Source: Desulfovibrio sp.
Lineage (GTDB): Bacteria; Desulfobacterota; Desulfovibrionia; Desulfovibrionales; Desulfovibrionaceae
Assembly: GCA_017396005.1 (NCBI GenBank)
Contig: JAFQNG010000005.1
Location: forward strand, 8,807-72,806
DNA: 64,000 nt
Direction: 5' to 3'
Below the pieces are notes generated by a model. The model worked only from the letters and a program-made list of their open reading frames with translations. It made no database searches and was not told the DNA's origin. Every line of letters begins with the position of its first letter. Positions within the stretch are counted from its first letter, which is position 1. The translations under genes were made by a program, and so were the position numbers. This document shows, piece by piece, positions 1 through 10,432 of the stretch.

Positions 1-1416
1 ACTGGCCTTCAAACGCATACTTTGCGTTGTGGCCCCTGCGGCCTTCTGGGCTTTCTGGATCAGTTCGCTGCCATGGGGCAGGTCCAGCAGAGGGCGCCAG
101 TCCACCGCCTGCCACTGATGCAGCCCGCGCGCCAGGCGGCTCTGATCGACGCCACTGGCAAGCAGTCTCTGCATGATATCTGCCAGAGGGCCGGCATCCT
201 CGCAGAGCAGTGCCAGGGCTGCTGCGGCAGGCACAGCAGCTTCACGGGTGAAGTCTGTGGCTCCGGCCAGAACAGTTGGGGTCAGGGAGGGAGGCAGCAC
301 GTCATCCTGCATGGCCCAGCCCCCATAACGGTGTATTTCTCTGGCCGTGCTGTCCAGAGCTTCCAGTCCGGGGCTATACTGATCAGAGTTGTGCCCATGA
401 CTGGAGTCCCCTGTAACGTCAAGCCCCATGAGAGCTTCCATACGCAGGCCAGCCAGGCTTTGCCGTTGCAGGCCCACATGTTGTATGGCCGCAGCCGAAA
501 AGATGCGGCGGGCTCGTCCCGATGGATCTTGCCAGAGCAACACAGGACGCAGGGGATGCCCCTGATAACGATAGACCCAGCGCCGATTTTGTCCGTCAGC
601 CCCGCGCACTTCGCCTGTGACGGCCCAGCCACCGGGTGTGGCCCAGGGCAGGCGGTCGCGGTACAGAAGCGGGGGCAGAAGACCGCTTGTAGTCAGGCTC
701 TCGATAACCGTAGGTCGCAGGGGCAGGCATTCCCATTCATCAGGCAGTTCGGGTAGCAGGTGCCAGTCTTTCTGCGGTACGGGCAGCATGGCATAGAGGC
801 CGTCAAAGCGAGTTGCCCGTCTGGCCTGCAGGAAGAAGTCCGGCCCCAGACCGGTGGCGGCCGGTGGCAGTTCACCGCCGATCTGTATGCCTTTTTGCTC
901 CAGCTGCTCGGCGAGACGGGTAAAGTCACCTTCTTCTCCCAGGGCTGCGTCAAAACGCAGGGAAACCACATTGTCGCCGTCAGACACAGGCTGGAGGTCT
1001 TTTGTCCAGATGTCGCCGCGCTCGCCTGCAGGTGCTATGAACAGGCCCTGAAAGCCCATTTGCTGCATGTGCTTCGTTAGAGGGCTGGCGCTGAGTGCAC
1101 GAAAAAAGACCTGATTAGACGCCAGAGAATAGGGATGCAGAGCCAGCCAGTTGGGTGCGGCCTCAAGCAGCAGATGCGGGCGCATGGTTGCGCCGCTGTT
1201 ACGCCAGAGCAGCTCGCTGCCTGAAACCTGCGCAGTGAGATCCGGGGCCGCTCCCAGCAGAGATTGCCGCTCCAGCCATTGCAGATGCCCTGGAGCTGCC
1301 CTGGGCAGTGAAGGCTGCGCTACCTCTCTGCGGGGTGTACAGGCCATAAGGCTGAGCACGACCAGCGTCAGGGCAAGTATCCTAGCAAGAATTTTCGCAT
1401 GGAGCGTCAGGGGCAT
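1..1416 (-). CDS. TreS (P. stutzeri-type trehalose synthase)-like lipoprotein, 3' end outside window
   Basis: Not in ORF track (no stop in window). Manual translation from ATG at 1416: MPLTLHAKILARILALTLVVLSLMAC (lipobox-like), WLERQSLL, GWAVTGEVRGADGQNRRWVYRY, LLWQDPS, LRMEALMGLD, resembling stutzeri-type TreS blocks. Confidence 0.6.
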   Translation of the reverse strand, partial: MPLTLHAKILARILALTLVVLSLMACTPRREVAQPSLPRAAPGHLQWLERQSLLGAAPDLTAQVSGSELLWRNSGATMRPHLLLEAAPNWLALHPYSLASNQVFFRALSASPLTKHMQQMGFQGLFIAPAGERGDIWTKDLQPVSDGDNVVSLRFDAALGEEGDFTRLAEQLEQKGIQIGGELPPAATGLGPDFFLQARRATRFDGLYAMLPVPQKDWHLLPELPDEWECLPLRPTVIESLTTSGLLPPLLYRDRLPWATPGGWAVTGEVRGADGQNRRWVYRYQGHPLRPVLLWQDPSGRARRIFSAAAIQHVGLQRQSLAGLRMEALMGLDVTGDSSHGHNSDQYSPGLEALDSTAREIHRYGGWAMQDDVLPPSLTPTVLAGATDFTREAAVPAAAALALLCEDAGPLADIMQRLLASGVDQSRLARGLHQWQAVDWRPLLDLPHGSELIQKAQKAAGATTQSMRLKAS

Positions 1417-1425
1417 GCGGCCTCG

Positions 1426-2235
1426 TTATCTGTCGGCAGTTTTCATGTTCTTTTCTTCGGCCTTGGCTTCGTTCCAGAGTTCATCCTTGTCGTCCAGAGA
1501 AAGCGAAGGAAAGTCCTGCCCACGTTCACGTGCCAGGGCTTCCATGCGGGTGAAGCGGCGCAGAAAGCGCTGGGTGGCAAAATCCAGGGCTTCGCTGGCT
1601 TTGATACCCTTGCGGCGCCCCAGCTCCGTGATACTGAACAGCAGATCGCCCAGTTCGTGCTTCTGGGCGTCGGCGTCTCCCGATGCTGAGGCGTCCAGCC
1701 ATTCCAGCCACTCAGCCTCTACCTGCTGCTCCACCTCTTCGTCTTCCGGCCAGGTGAAACCGACCCGTGCGGCTTTGGAGTGTATGCGGTACGCCTTGAT
1801 TAGAGGGGGCAGGCTGGAGGGCAGGCTGTCGAAGATGCCCTGGGGGCGACCACTTTCGTCCGTATGCTCGGCGCGTTTGATGCTTTCCCAGGTTTTGAGC
1901 TGCTCATCGCGGTTTTCAAAGGTCGTATCACCGAAGACGTGGGGATGACGGCGAATCATCTTGGCCCGATTGTTGTCAAGAGCGTCATCCAGTTTGAAAT
2001 GCCCCTGTTTTTCATACAGGCGGGCTATGAAAAGCAGCAGAAAGGCCAGGTCTCCCAGTTCTTCACAGACATCGGCCACATTGCCGGAGCGGATGGCGCT
2101 GACCAGTTCATGACTTTCTTCAATGAGATAGTCAGCTAGGCTGAGAGGGGTCTGTTCTTTGTCCCAGGGGCAGCCGTCAGGAGCGGTGAGACGGTCGATA
2201 ACGTCTTGCAGGGCCTCAAGGGCATTCTTTTCCAT
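1426..2235 (-). CDS. mazG: Nucleoside triphosphate pyrophosphohydrolase MazG
   Basis: GCPWDKEQT, EESHEL, EELGDL, MIRRHPHVFG; tandem MazG domains. Confidence 0.95.
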   Translation of the reverse strand: MEKNALEALQDVIDRLTAPDGCPWDKEQTPLSLADYLIEESHELVSAIRSGNVADVCEELGDLAFLLLFIARLYEKQGHFKLDDALDNNRAKMIRRHPHVFGDTTFENRDEQLKTWESIKRAEHTDESGRPQGIFDSLPSSLPPLIKAYRIHSKAARVGFTWPEDEEVEQQVEAEWLEWLDASASGDADAQKHELGDLLFSITELGRRKGIKASEALDFATQRFLRRFTRMEALARERGQDFPSLSLDDKDELWNEAKAEEKNMKTADR

Positions 2236-2261
2236 GGGGGTTCATTCCTTTGTACTGGTAT

Positions 2262-2753
2262 TCAAAAGTTTAGTCGGCTTACCAGTTCAGGTGGCAGCCA
2301 TGTTTTGATATGACTCATAAGTGTGTTGAAATAGGGCAGGACACGTGAATTTTGCAGAAAGGGCGCGTTATAGAAGAGCTTCTGCAGCACCATCAATACT
2401 ATGGAGCAAAGCAGGATGCCTTTGGTCAGGCCCAGGGCGCCGCCGGCCAGCCTGTCTGCCCAGGAGACAAAGGCAAAAGAGAGTATTTTTTGCAGAACGC
2501 GGGCGATGATAGCCACAAGTATGATAACAGCCAGAAAAATCAGTACATAGGATGCAATGACCCGCCAGCCGGGATCAGCAATAAAGGCCAGATGCGGCGA
2601 GAGGCTCGTATGAAAGGTGTTGGCTGCCCAGAAACCGCCTATCAAAGATGCCAGACCGGCTACCTCACCTACAAAACCGTTCCAGAAGCCGCGTGCAGTA
2701 AAGTATACCAGCACCAGCACCATGATAAGGTCAAAGATGTCCTGCCCCATCAC
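2262..2753 (-). CDS. CvpA (colicin V production) family membrane protein
   Basis: Hydrophobic helices, RGFWNGFVGE, DRLAGGALG. Confidence 0.9.
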   Translation of the reverse strand: MMGQDIFDLIMVLVLVYFTARGFWNGFVGEVAGLASLIGGFWAANTFHTSLSPHLAFIADPGWRVIASYVLIFLAVIILVAIIARVLQKILSFAFVSWADRLAGGALGLTKGILLCSIVLMVLQKLFYNAPFLQNSRVLPYFNTLMSHIKTWLPPELVSRLNF

Positions 2754-2844
2754 AAACCTCCGTTGACGACAGCATAGCAGAAGCCCTGTCAGGAGACAAT
2801 GCGCACATCTGTACAGTATCCCGGCATTACACTATACTGTCGCT

Positions 2845-3573
2845 GTGAAAAAAACAGTGCAGACAGACTTGGCAGATACCGCTCCCGGGGAGGTCGCGAC
2901 GGCCCTTCTGGACAGTCACGGTCCACTCATCTCGGTACAGGCGGCAGGACGGCAGTGGCAGCTTGAGCGGGCAGCCAACCTGGAAGAACTCTGGCAGGCC
3001 ATGACTGAAGATCAGCAGAGCTTCGAGGACGAGCGTCTGCCCTACTGGACAGAGCTCTGGCCTTCTAGTCTCGTACTGGCAGGCTGGCTTGCAGGGCAGA
3101 AGAAAGTGCTGGCGGACCGCCCCTGCCTTGATATGGGCTGCGGGCTGGGGCTGACAGCCATGGTAGGCCAGTGGCTGGGGGCCAGAGTATCGGCCATGGA
3201 CTATGAGCCCGAGGCCCTGCGTTATGCCGCGCTCAATGCGCAGCGTAACCATGTGCCGCAGCCTTCCTGGCTGCTCATGGACTGGCGGCGTCCAGCACTG
3301 CAGGCAGGCAGCATGGCGTATATCTGGGGCGGCGATATCATGTATGAAAAGCGTTTTGTCAGCCCGGTACTGCGTTTTCTGGGTCATGCCCTGGCACCGG
3401 GCGGTGTGGCCTGGGTGGCCGAACCGGGGCGGTCTGTCTATGAGGCCTTTCTGCATGCTCTGTATGGTTCTGGCTGGCAGGGGCGGCGGGTACATAGCGG
3501 GCAGGTACGTGTAGTTTATGACAGTCCTGTCCCGGTGACAGTTCATATCTGGGAGCTGACCCGCAGGGCATGA
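2845..3573 (+). CDS. Class I SAM-dependent methyltransferase (METTL21/Methyltransf_16-like)
   Basis: [24 protein letters not shown]. Confidence 0.85.
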   Translation: MKKTVQTDLADTAPGEVATALLDSHGPLISVQAAGRQWQLERAANLEELWQAMTEDQQSFEDERLPYWTELWPSSLVLAGWLAGQKKVLADRPCLDMGCGLGLTAMVGQWLGARVSAMDYEPEALRYAALNAQRNHVPQPSWLLMDWRRPALQAGSMAYIWGGDIMYEKRFVSPVLRFLGHALAPGGVAWVAEPGRSVYEAFLHALYGSGWQGRRVHSGQVRVVYDSPVPVTVHIWELTRRA

Positions 3574-3604
3574 AAACAGATGCCCCGGTAACGAGGAGAG
3601 GCAG

Positions 3605-4024
3605 ATGGGAAAACTGGTCCGCTTTGGAGTCTCTCTGGATGAGGACTTGCTGGAGCCTTTCGATGCCCTGTGCACACGCAAGGGGTATCCCAATCGTTCG
3701 GAAGCGATCAGGGATCTGATCCGCAAGGAGCTGGTGCTGGAAGGCTGGCAAAGTGCTGACGGCCCCGGTGCAGGCACACTTACGTTGATCTATGACCATC
3801 ACAAGCATGATCTGGCTCGCCGGATCATGCAGATACAGCATGACGATCACGACATCATCGTGGCTACCATGCACGTACATCTGGATCATCATAACTGTAT
3901 GGAGGTACTTGTGCTTAAAGGCGATGTGGCGCGCGTACGCGCTTTGGCAGACAGGCTGACCTCCTGCCGGGGGGTCAAGCACGGCAGCTTCTGCGCCACT
4001 ACTACCGGACAGGAACTGGCCTGA
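3605..4024 (+). CDS. nikR: Nickel-responsive regulator NikR
   Basis: RFGVSL ribbon, [20 protein letters not shown]. Confidence 0.95.
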   Translation: MGKLVRFGVSLDEDLLEPFDALCTRKGYPNRSEAIRDLIRKELVLEGWQSADGPGAGTLTLIYDHHKHDLARRIMQIQHDDHDIIVATMHVHLDHHNCMEVLVLKGDVARVRALADRLTSCRGVKHGSFCATTTGQELA

Positions 4025-4824
4025 TGGAAGACGTGCAGAGTCTCAGCCCTTCAGTATCCATCGGTATTGACCGCGTTGGCGTACGCGGCCTGAAGCGCCC
4101 CCTGCTGGTGCGGGATCGTGTGCATGGTATGCAGCAGACTGTTGCCAGCGTTGACTTGGGTGTCGATTTGCCTTCAGCGTTTAAGGGTACCCACATGAGT
4201 CGTTTCGTGGAAACCCTTGAGGCCTGGGAGGGGGAGATCAGCTATCAGGCCGTGCGCCATCTGCTGGAGAAGGTCAGGCATTGTCTCAGTGCCCGGCGGG
4301 CCTGGGCGCATTTTACATTCTCTTATTTCGTGAACAAACCTGCCCCGGCCTCGGGCAGACCGGGTACCGTGCATTATGACTGTCGTCTGACCGGAGAACT
4401 GGATGAGCAGGGGCAGCATTTTCTGCTGGGCCTGGATGTGCCGGTGATGACGGTCTGTCCCTGCTCCAAGGCCATCAGCAGCGAGGGGGCCCACAGTCAG
4501 CGGGCCATGGTGCATATGGAGATATGTCTGCATGGCTTTTCCTGGCTGGAAGAATTTATCGAGATTGCCGAAGGTGCAGGCTCTTCTGCAATTTTCAGCC
4601 TGCTCAAGCGCGAAGACGAAAAATTTGTGACAGAGCAGGCCTTTGCCAATCCCGTCTTTGTGGAAGACGTAGTACGCAATGTGGCCCAGCGGCTGGCTGC
4701 GCACAAACATGTGGGTTCTTTCAGTGTAGAGGTCGAGAGTATGGAGTCCATACATCACCATAATGCATTTGCGCGCATTGAGGGGCAGGGGGCATATGCG
4801 GCAACCGGTGCATCCGGCAGATAA
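4024..4824 (+). CDS. folE2: GTP cyclohydrolase FolE2
   Basis: [29 protein letters not shown]. Confidence 0.95.
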   Translation: MEDVQSLSPSVSIGIDRVGVRGLKRPLLVRDRVHGMQQTVASVDLGVDLPSAFKGTHMSRFVETLEAWEGEISYQAVRHLLEKVRHCLSARRAWAHFTFSYFVNKPAPASGRPGTVHYDCRLTGELDEQGQHFLLGLDVPVMTVCPCSKAISSEGAHSQRAMVHMEICLHGFSWLEEFIEIAEGAGSSAIFSLLKREDEKFVTEQAFANPVFVEDVVRNVAQRLAAHKHVGSFSVEVESMESIHHHNAFARIEGQGAYAATGASGR

Positions 4825-4878
4825 AATGTTTTTGCAATGCTGCCTGGCTTGTGGTATGGAGGCCAAAAGGTAGTACAT

Positions 4879-5274
4879 ATGAGCAGTATATCCAGTGCCA
4901 TGCATACGGGCGCTTCAGCTCTGAATACCTATGCCTGGGGTATGACCATCGTTGCGCATAATGTGGCCAACGTCAATACTGACGCGTTTGAGCCGCAGCG
5001 TATACATTATGCGGACGGTCCTGGTGGTGAAGGTGTACGCCTGAATGCCGTCAGTCAGGGAGACCGCCTGGAGAATGTCCTTTCTGTACAGGGGCAGGAA
5101 CGTGCTCAGGCTCTATCTGCTTCCCTGCCTTTTGAAATCGGAGAGCCCGGCGGTACGGATTTACCCTTGGAAATGACGCATATGATCAGCACACAGCGCA
5201 GCTATGAGGCCAATGCGGTCAGTATCCGTACGGCTGACGAAATGCTGGGAACCGTACTGGATCTTAAGGCATGA
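4879..5274 (+). CDS. Short flagellar basal-body rod/hook-like protein
   Basis: AHNVANVNT N-terminal motif and EMTHMISTQRSYEANA C-terminal motif. Confidence 0.8.
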   Translation: MSSISSAMHTGASALNTYAWGMTIVAHNVANVNTDAFEPQRIHYADGPGGEGVRLNAVSQGDRLENVLSVQGQERAQALSASLPFEIGEPGGTDLPLEMTHMISTQRSYEANAVSIRTADEMLGTVLDLKA

Positions 5275-5372
5275 GGTAACAGAGCTGACAGTTTGATGTC
5301 AGGCAGCAGTACCCCCGCTTCTGGCGGGGGTTTTGGATGTATTTTTTTCGGTGTGTTGCACAAGGACGGGGA

Positions 5373-6251
5373 ATGGGGAAATACCTGAGTTTTTGCAGTT
5401 TGCTCCTGTTGTGTGTCGTTATCTCTGGCTGTGCGGGCAGACAGCACCCCGCTGAGCACGAAAAGGAAAATGCTGTACTGCATGCAGAGGCCATGGCTCT
5501 GGAAAAACAGCGGGCTGAAGCTGCTGACATGCTTTTGAGCAAAGCCCGGGAAGCCATCGGCACTCCCTATGTGCGGGGGGGGACCAGACCGGGTGGTTTT
5601 GACTGTTCCGGCCTTGTGCTGTGGGCCTATAAAAGTGTAGGGGTAACATTGCCGCGTACGGCGCGGGAGCAGTCTCGCGTGGGTGAGCACATTACAGATG
5701 TCAGTGAGATGCGCCCCGGTGATATTGTTGCCTTTCGCCATCCCAAGAGAGGATATCATACCGGCATCTATGTGGGGGACGGCAAATTTATACATAGCCC
5801 CCGGCGTCGCAAGACCGTACGCATCAACCGTCTGTCCGATTCCTATTTCAGCCAGACTTTTCTCGGGGCGCGTCGCGTCAATCTTGAGGGAGGGGAGAAC
5901 CTGGTCGCTCAGGCTCAAAGCCGCCTTACAGATTATGCGGAAGAAAAGGCTGTGCGTGAGTTGAGCCGTAAGGACAGCAGCAAAAAGCAGAGCAGTGCTC
6001 AGGCCCGCAAGAACAGGAAAAAAAGTGAAGCTCACAAGCGTGGGGTGGAAAAAAAGAAGGCTGTAGCAGAGCGACGTAAACAGCAGCGCAAGGTTGAAAA
6101 AAACAGGGCAGGGAAGCGCCGCGCCGAAGCCCGCAAGCTTCAAAGCCCTTCTCGTAAACAGCAGCCTGCCGCCCGTCAGCAGAAAAAGAACAGATCTGAT
6201 GTGGCGCAACGACGTAATACCCAGAAGCAGCGCAAACAGCGGGCTTCATAA
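5373..6251 (+). CDS. NlpC/P60 (C40) peptidase lipoprotein with basic low-complexity tail
   Basis: Lipobox ISGC; GTPYVRGG..GFDCSGL, HTGIYVGDGKFIHS; K/R/Q-rich C-terminus. Confidence 0.9.
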   Translation: MGKYLSFCSLLLLCVVISGCAGRQHPAEHEKENAVLHAEAMALEKQRAEAADMLLSKAREAIGTPYVRGGTRPGGFDCSGLVLWAYKSVGVTLPRTAREQSRVGEHITDVSEMRPGDIVAFRHPKRGYHTGIYVGDGKFIHSPRRRKTVRINRLSDSYFSQTFLGARRVNLEGGENLVAQAQSRLTDYAEEKAVRELSRKDSSKKQSSAQARKNRKKSEAHKRGVEKKKAVAERRKQQRKVEKNRAGKRRAEARKLQSPSRKQQPAARQQKKNRSDVAQRRNTQKQRKQRAS

Positions 6252-6263
6252 AGGCAAACAAGT

Positions 6264-6776
6264 ATGCTTCCTCATATCAGCCCTGCCGAAACTCTGCAGA
6301 AACTGCAGGAAGGTTCAATACGTCTTGTAGATATCCGAGAACCGGATGAAATAAAGAGTGTACGCGTGTCCGACTCTGAACCTGCGCCGCTTTCTGTCAT
6401 TCAGTGGCTGCCCATGGCTCCTGCTTGTGATGACAGGCCCATAGTCTTTACCTGTCAGTCAGGGAGGCGCACAACCCTGCATAGCGAACTGCTGAAGAAA
6501 CTGGCCCGTGGCCCGGCCTGGCAGATGGAGGGTGGTATGGGTGCATGGGAACAGGCAGGTCTGCCTGTGGAGCGCGGCAAAAAGCAGTTTCCCATCTTTC
6601 GGCAGATACAGATTGCTGCTGGTGGTCTGGTTTTGCTGGGCCTTGCCGGTGGGCTGGCATGGCCCCCCATGCTTTGGCTTTCGGCATTTGCAGGCGCAGG
6701 GCTGACCTTTGCAGGTGTCACAGGTTTTTGTGGTATGGGGTTGCTGCTGGCAGCCATGCCATGGAACAAGAGATAA
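6264..6776 (+). CDS. Rhodanese + DUF2892 (YgaP-like) membrane protein
   Basis: LVDIREPDE, CQSGRR, GVTGFCGM. Confidence 0.9.
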   Translation: MLPHISPAETLQKLQEGSIRLVDIREPDEIKSVRVSDSEPAPLSVIQWLPMAPACDDRPIVFTCQSGRRTTLHSELLKKLARGPAWQMEGGMGAWEQAGLPVERGKKQFPIFRQIQIAAGGLVLLGLAGGLAWPPMLWLSAFAGAGLTFAGVTGFCGMGLLLAAMPWNKR

Positions 6777-6779
6777 GCC

Positions 6780-7772
6780 ATGCCCGTGCCTGCCGCCGTC
6801 TGTGGACGGTTGGCCCCCAGCCCTACAGGCTACGCGCATCTTGGTAATGCCTGGGCCTTTCTGCTGGCCTGGCTGGCAGCGCGCTCCTGCAGCGGCAGAG
6901 TGATTTTGCGGCTGGAGGATATTGACCCGCAGCGTTCCCGGCAGGAATATGCCCGTGCGCTGCTGGAAGATTTGCTTTGGCTCGGTCTGGACTGGGATGA
7001 AGGGCCTGATGTGGGTGGCCCTGCAGGCCCTTATACACAGAGTGCGCGTGAACATGTGTATATGCAGGCCTTGGAGCGCCTGGAGGCTGCAGGCCGGGTG
7101 TATCCCTGCTTTTGTACGCGCCGGGAGCTGCGCCTGCTGGCGGGTGCGCCGCACCCCGATGACAGGGGCGCCCCCTATCCCGGCACATGCCGCAGTCTTG
7201 ATACAGCCCGGCGTACAGCGCTGGCTGCTAGTGGCCGCAAGGCGACTCTGCGCCTGCTCTGTCCTGAGCAGCAGCTGTCATTTATGGATCTGGCGCTGGG
7301 GCCGCAGTGTTTTCTTCTGGCAGAGAGTGGTGGCGATTTTGCTCTGCGTCGTTCTGACGGCGTTTGGGCCTATCAGCTGGCTGTAGCTGTGGATGATGCT
7401 CTCATGGGAGTAACGCAGGTAGTACGGGGGCGTGACATCCTCAGTTCAACGCCACGGCAACTGGCCCTTATGCAGCTGTTGCAGCATACTGCCCCGCAGT
7501 ATGGTCATGTGCCGCTTTTGCTGGATGAATACGGCGAGCGCCTTGCCAAGCGGCATCAAAGTCTGGCTCTGCGTGCTCTGCGCGCACAGGGGGTGGAGGC
7601 CAGGCGTATCACAGGCCTGTTGGCCCGGCTGGCCGGCCTTGCTGCCGATGCTCGGCCGGTTAGTCCTGTAGAACTGATAGAGCGATTTTCCTGGGAAAGG
7701 TTGACCAGGGCGGATCAGATCATATACAGAGAGGATCTGCGTAGCCTCTTTTCTCAGGCCATGACATCATGA
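6780..7772 (+). CDS. gluQ: Glutamyl-queuosine tRNA(Asp) synthetase
   Basis: RLAPSPTGYAHLGN, YPCFCTR, VVRGRD, LAKR; lacks anticodon-binding domain. Confidence 0.9.
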   Translation: MPVPAAVCGRLAPSPTGYAHLGNAWAFLLAWLAARSCSGRVILRLEDIDPQRSRQEYARALLEDLLWLGLDWDEGPDVGGPAGPYTQSAREHVYMQALERLEAAGRVYPCFCTRRELRLLAGAPHPDDRGAPYPGTCRSLDTARRTALAASGRKATLRLLCPEQQLSFMDLALGPQCFLLAESGGDFALRRSDGVWAYQLAVAVDDALMGVTQVVRGRDILSSTPRQLALMQLLQHTAPQYGHVPLLLDEYGERLAKRHQSLALRALRAQGVEARRITGLLARLAGLAADARPVSPVELIERFSWERLTRADQIIYREDLRSLFSQAMTS

Positions 7773-7775
7773 GGA

Positions 7776-8156
7776 GTGACTACTGTGACAATGCTTGAAC
7801 AGTCTTTTCTGGAAAGTATTTTTCCTGCGGAACGCACGGATGCATTTTTTGACGCTCTTTTTGGTGGGGCTGAAGAAGGTGCCTATGATATCCGCCTTGT
7901 CTGCCGCAGCCTTGATGCAGATCGCGCTGTACTGGCCTTTGAGCTGCATCAGCGCCCGGGGAAATGCCTGGCCTGTAATCTGACCTATGGTCTTCCTCAG
8001 GTATTTCAGCGTCATCCTGTGCTGAATGTGGCTGGCGTGGCCAAAGCTGTGGCCACCCATCTGGGCTGGCCTGAAAGTGCCCCCTGGAAACTCGGGGCTA
8101 CCGAAGAGATCAGCCGCAAGCTGCACGTCATCCCCTTTGTGGTCAGCCGGAGCTGA
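7776..8156 (+). CDS. Conserved hypothetical protein of sulfate reducers
   Basis: FFDALFG..EEGAYDI, RPGKCLACNLTYGLPQVF.RHP. Confidence 0.75.
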   Translation: MTTVTMLEQSFLESIFPAERTDAFFDALFGGAEEGAYDIRLVCRSLDADRAVLAFELHQRPGKCLACNLTYGLPQVFQRHPVLNVAGVAKAVATHLGWPESAPWKLGATEEISRKLHVIPFVVSRS

Positions 8157-8284
8157 GCCCACAAAGCTCAGGGCTCCACAGCTATATCTGCTGGACAACA
8201 TTGCCGGAGTAGTGTAGCATGTTTTAAGAGTGGAAAATCATTACTGCTCTTTCCAAAGCGTATGCACTGACGCATGGTGAAAAC

Positions 8285-8794
8285 ATGTTCACAACTGATG
8301 GGCTTGTTGTCTATCCTGCCCAGGGCGTGGGGCGGATTGAAGGTATTGACCGCCAGGATATTGGCGGCGTTACTTGTGAGTTCTATGTCGTCCGCATCCG
8401 TACCAACAACATCACTCTGATGTTGCCGGTCAGTAATGCAGCACATGTGGGTTTGCGTCCTCTTGTAGACAGACATGTTGCTCAGGCAGTCCTTGACAGT
8501 CTGCGTACCGATACAGAGAGGTCTGTACACACCGGGCAGAACTGGAACCGTCGATTCAGGGAGTATTCGGAAAGGCTGAAAAGCTCTGATTTGTCGGTTG
8601 TAGTCGAGGTGCTGCGCGAGCTTTTGCTCATTGGTCGCGGTAAGGAGTTGTCTTTTGGCGAACGTCGTCTGCAGGAACAGGCCATGAATCTCGTCACTGG
8701 GGAGCTTGCTGAGGTTCTGGCTCTGTCTGAGGATGCTCTGCGTGAAGAGCTTCTGACCCTGTATGCCCCTCCGCCGCAGCCGGAAGAAAGCTGA
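8285..8794 (+). CDS. CarD family transcriptional regulator
   Basis: VVYPAQGVGRI, NWNRRFRE, LSFGERR. Confidence 0.92.
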   Translation: MFTTDGLVVYPAQGVGRIEGIDRQDIGGVTCEFYVVRIRTNNITLMLPVSNAAHVGLRPLVDRHVAQAVLDSLRTDTERSVHTGQNWNRRFREYSERLKSSDLSVVVEVLRELLLIGRGKELSFGERRLQEQAMNLVTGELAEVLALSEDALREELLTLYAPPPQPEES

Positions 8795-8935
8795 TCTGTC
8801 ATATTCAAACTATTTTTTTCTTGCCATGACGGCTAAGATACGCTAAACGCAACGCACGCACACCTAATATCTCTCCATATCACTGTTCTCCACGCTATTT
8901 ATGTTTGCATAGCCGGGGATTTCATCAAAGACTGG

Positions 8936-10237
8936 ATGATTATGCGTAAAAAAAAATCGACGCCGGCCCTGTCGAATGACAGCGCCATGAGCCTGACGGA
9001 CCTTAAAACCCGTAGTATGCAGGAACTCATGGAGCTGGCAGAGCAGTATGAAATTGAAAATGCCAGCTCCATGCGCAAGCAGGAGCTTATATTTGCATTG
9101 CTTTCCACCTGTGCTTCGCAAAACGGGGTGATTTACGGTGATGGCGTTCTTGAGATACTGCCCGACGGTTTTGGTTTTCTTCGTTCGCCATTGTGCAGCT
9201 ATATGCCGGGTCCTGACGATATTTATGTTTCACCCTCACAGATACGCCGATTTTCATTACGCAAAGGGGATATAGTTTCCGGGCAGATCCGGCCTCCAAA
9301 AGAAGGGGAACGTTATTTTGCTCTGCTCAAGGTGACGGAAATCGGCTTTGAACCGCCCGAGAATGCCAAAAATCTCGTTCTTTTTGATAATCTCACCCCT
9401 ATTTATCCAGATCAGCAGCTGGTCATGGAAAACGGTGACAAAAATCTCTCCAATCGGGTTATCGACCTCATGTCGCCCATTGGCTGTGGGCAGCGAGGTA
9501 CTATAGTTGCCCCGCCGCGAACCGGTAAGACCATCCTGCTGCAATCTCTGGCCAATGCCATCAATGCCAATAATCCTGACGTTTATCTGATAGTCCTCCT
9601 GATTGATGAGCGCCCCGAAGAAGTAACGGATATGGAGCGTACGGTCAAAAAGGCTGAGGTTATCAGTTCTACATTTGATGAGCCGCCGCAGCGCCATGTG
9701 CAGGTCTGTGAAATGGTTCTGGAAAAAGCCAAACGTCTGGTAGAGCGTAAGCGCGACGTAGTCATTCTGCTGGATTCCATCACGAGATTGGGCAGAGCCT
9801 ATAATGCCGTCACTCCATCTTCCGGTCGAGTGCTTACTGGCGGTCTGGACGCCAATGCCCTGCAGCGCCCCAAACGATTTTTTGGTGCGGCCCGCAATAT
9901 CGAGGAAGGTGGCAGTTTGACCATCATTGCCACTGCTCTCATTGACACCGGTTCCCGTATGGACGAAGTCATCTTCGAAGAGTTCAAGGGTACCGGCAAT
10001 ATGGAAATCTATCTGGACCGGCATCTGGCAGAAAAGCGTGTTTTCCCCGCCATTGACATCAACCGGACAGGAACTCGCAAGGAAGACCTGCTCTTGCCGG
10101 ATGACGTGCTCAATCGTGTCTGGATACTGCGTAAGATTCTGGCTCCTATGGCACCGTTGGACAGTATGGAATTTTTGTTAGACAAAATGCGCGGAACCAA
10201 ATCCAATAAAGATTTTCTCAATGCCATGGGTAAATGA
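8936..10237 (+). CDS. rho: Transcription termination factor Rho
   Basis: [41 protein letters not shown]. Confidence 0.98.
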   Translation: MIMRKKKSTPALSNDSAMSLTDLKTRSMQELMELAEQYEIENASSMRKQELIFALLSTCASQNGVIYGDGVLEILPDGFGFLRSPLCSYMPGPDDIYVSPSQIRRFSLRKGDIVSGQIRPPKEGERYFALLKVTEIGFEPPENAKNLVLFDNLTPIYPDQQLVMENGDKNLSNRVIDLMSPIGCGQRGTIVAPPRTGKTILLQSLANAINANNPDVYLIVLLIDERPEEVTDMERTVKKAEVISSTFDEPPQRHVQVCEMVLEKAKRLVERKRDVVILLDSITRLGRAYNAVTPSSGRVLTGGLDANALQRPKRFFGAARNIEEGGSLTIIATALIDTGSRMDEVIFEEFKGTGNMEIYLDRHLAEKRVFPAIDINRTGTRKEDLLLPDDVLNRVWILRKILAPMAPLDSMEFLLDKMRGTKSNKDFLNAMGK

Positions 10238-10251
10238 ACCAGATAAATGAC

Positions 10252-10280
10252 TTGACAACTGCCATATGTCATTTTATAAA
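10252..10280 (+). promoter_or_regulatory. Sigma70 promoter of tRNA-Val
   Basis: TTGACA-17 nt-TATAAA just upstream of tRNA. Confidence 0.75.
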
Positions 10281-10294
10281 TTCATTTCACTATT

Positions 10295-10370
10295 GGACAG
10301 TTAGCTCAGCTGGTGGAGCATCGCCCTTACAAGGCGGGGGCCACAGGTTCAAGTCCTGTACTGTCCACCA
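10295..10370 (+). tRNA. tRNA-Val(TAC)
   Basis: GGACAGT acceptor pairs with ACTGTCC, anticodon loop CTTACAA, GGTTCAAGTCC T-loop, encoded CCA; 76 nt. Confidence 0.97.
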
Positions 10371-10393
10371 ATGATTTCAAGGGGTTACGGTGA
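10324..10393 (+). repeat. attL core repeat
   Basis: Identical to 23055-23124; imperfect similarity continues to ~10426. Confidence 0.95.
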
Positions 10394-10432
10394 TTGGCCG
10401 TAACCCCATTTTCATGGTCATACAGAGTCTGG

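Noticed and set aside
1426-2235. MazG as an anti-phage or abortive-infection gene
   Set aside because: Canonical tandem-domain housekeeping MazG in core context
7776-8156. Eukaryote-like homeobox label sometimes attached to this family
   Set aside because: No homeodomain motif in the sequence; treated as conserved hypothetical
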